Shown here one piece after another: positions 33,653 to 34,657 of a stretch of DNA of 34,657 nt; the first letter of the stretch is position 1, and each line of letters begins with the position of its first letter. Where the stretch lies: the NCBI GenBank assembly GCA_032718475.1, contig JAUCBJ010002504.1, forward strand, positions 1 through 34,657, read 5' to 3'. The notes under the pieces were generated by a model. That model made no database searches, was not told the DNA's origin, and was given only the letters and a program-made list of their open reading frames with translations. The position numbers and the translations under genes are program-made. The stretch is from Nemertoderma westbladi (taxonomy: Eukaryota; Animalia; Xenacoelomorpha).

Positions 33653-34657
33653 GTGGGAGTGGAGTGGGGTGGAGTGGGGTGGGGTGGGGTGGGGTGGGGT
33701 GGGGTGGGGTGGGGTGGGGTGGGGTGGGGTGGGGTGGGGTGGGGTGGGGTGGGGTGGGGTGGGGTGGGGTGGGGTGGGGTGGGGTGGGGTGGGGTGGGGT
33801 GGAGTGGGGTGGGGTGGGTGGGGTGGGGTGGAGTGGAGTGGGTGGGGTGGAGTTGGTGGGGTGGGTGGAGTGGGTGGGAGTGGAGTGGAGTGGAGTGGTG
33901 TGGAGTGGAGTGGGAGTGGAGTGGATGAGTGGGGTGGAGTGGAGTGGGGTGGAGTGGAGTGGAGTGGGGTGGGGTGGAGTGGAGTGGAGTGGGGAGGGAG
34001 GGGTGGAGTGGAGGGGTGGAGTGGAGTGGAGTGGAGTGGAGTGGAGTGGGTGGAGTGGAGTGGAGTGGGGTGGGGTGGGGTGGGGTGGAGTGGAGTGGGG
34101 TGGGTGGGTGGAGTGGGTGGAGTGAGGGTGGGTGGAGTGTGAGTGGAGTGGAGTGGTAGTGGAGTGGAGTGGAGTGGAGTGGAGTGGAGTGGAGTGGAGT
34201 GGTGTGGAGTGGAGTGGAGTGGAGTGGATGTGGAGTGGAGTGGAGTGGAGTGGAGTGGAGTGGAGTGGAGTGGAGTGGAGTGGAGTGGGGTGGAGGGAGT
34301 GGGGTGGGAGGAGTGGGGTGGGTGTGGGGTGGAGTGGAGTGGAGTGGAGTGGGGTGGTGTGGGAGGGGTGGGGTGGGGTGGAGTGGAGTGGGGTGGAGTG
34401 GAGTGGAGTGGTGTGGAGTGGAATGGAGTGGAGTGGAGTGGAGTGAGTGGAGTGGAGTGGAAGTGGAAGTGGAAGTGGAAGTGGAAGTGGAAGTGGAAGT
34501 GGAAGTGGAAGTGGAGTGGAAGTGGAAGTGGAAGTGGAAGTGGAAGTGGAAGTGGAAGTGGAAGTGGAAGTGGAAGTGGAAGTGGAAGTGGAAGTGGAAG
34601 TGGAAGTGGAAGTGGAGTGGAGTGGAAGTGGAAGTGGAAGTGGAAGTGGAAGTGGAG
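33653..34657. repeat. Compound G-rich microsatellite (GGGGT)n, (GGAGT)n, (GGAAGT)n
   Basis: Read directly; runs to the window end. Confidence 0.98.

Noticed and set aside
33649-34446. G/V/W-rich ORFs
   Set aside because: Translation of a stop-free microsatellite after a strong donor site.

Overview
AT-rich, intron-rich animal genomic DNA. The TE and SINE types and the frequent TAGGCCTA motif suggest a marine invertebrate, possibly an echinoderm (inference only). The right two thirds hold a large uncharacterised + strand gene. I could chain 16 exons from 14721 to 33648 with consistent GT-AG phases, and the gene continues past the window. The left third holds an intronless orphan ORF (ATG 1877..3574, 565 aa) with three CCHC-type zinc-knuckle motifs and a basic tail, preceded by a dense GGCCC/GGGCC array ending in palindromes. 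This is the best candidate for an undescribed mobile or viral cassette. Also present: a full-length RTE LINE with an 11-bp TSD and a structured 5' UTR, a deleted sister copy, an old RTE with a nested SINE, a second SINE, a CRE-type fragment, MITEs and several mini/microsatellites. An inverted pair of a ~200-bp repeat closely brackets an in-frame six-exon block, a back-splicing-like geometry. No CRISPR, rRNA or genuine tRNA genes were found.
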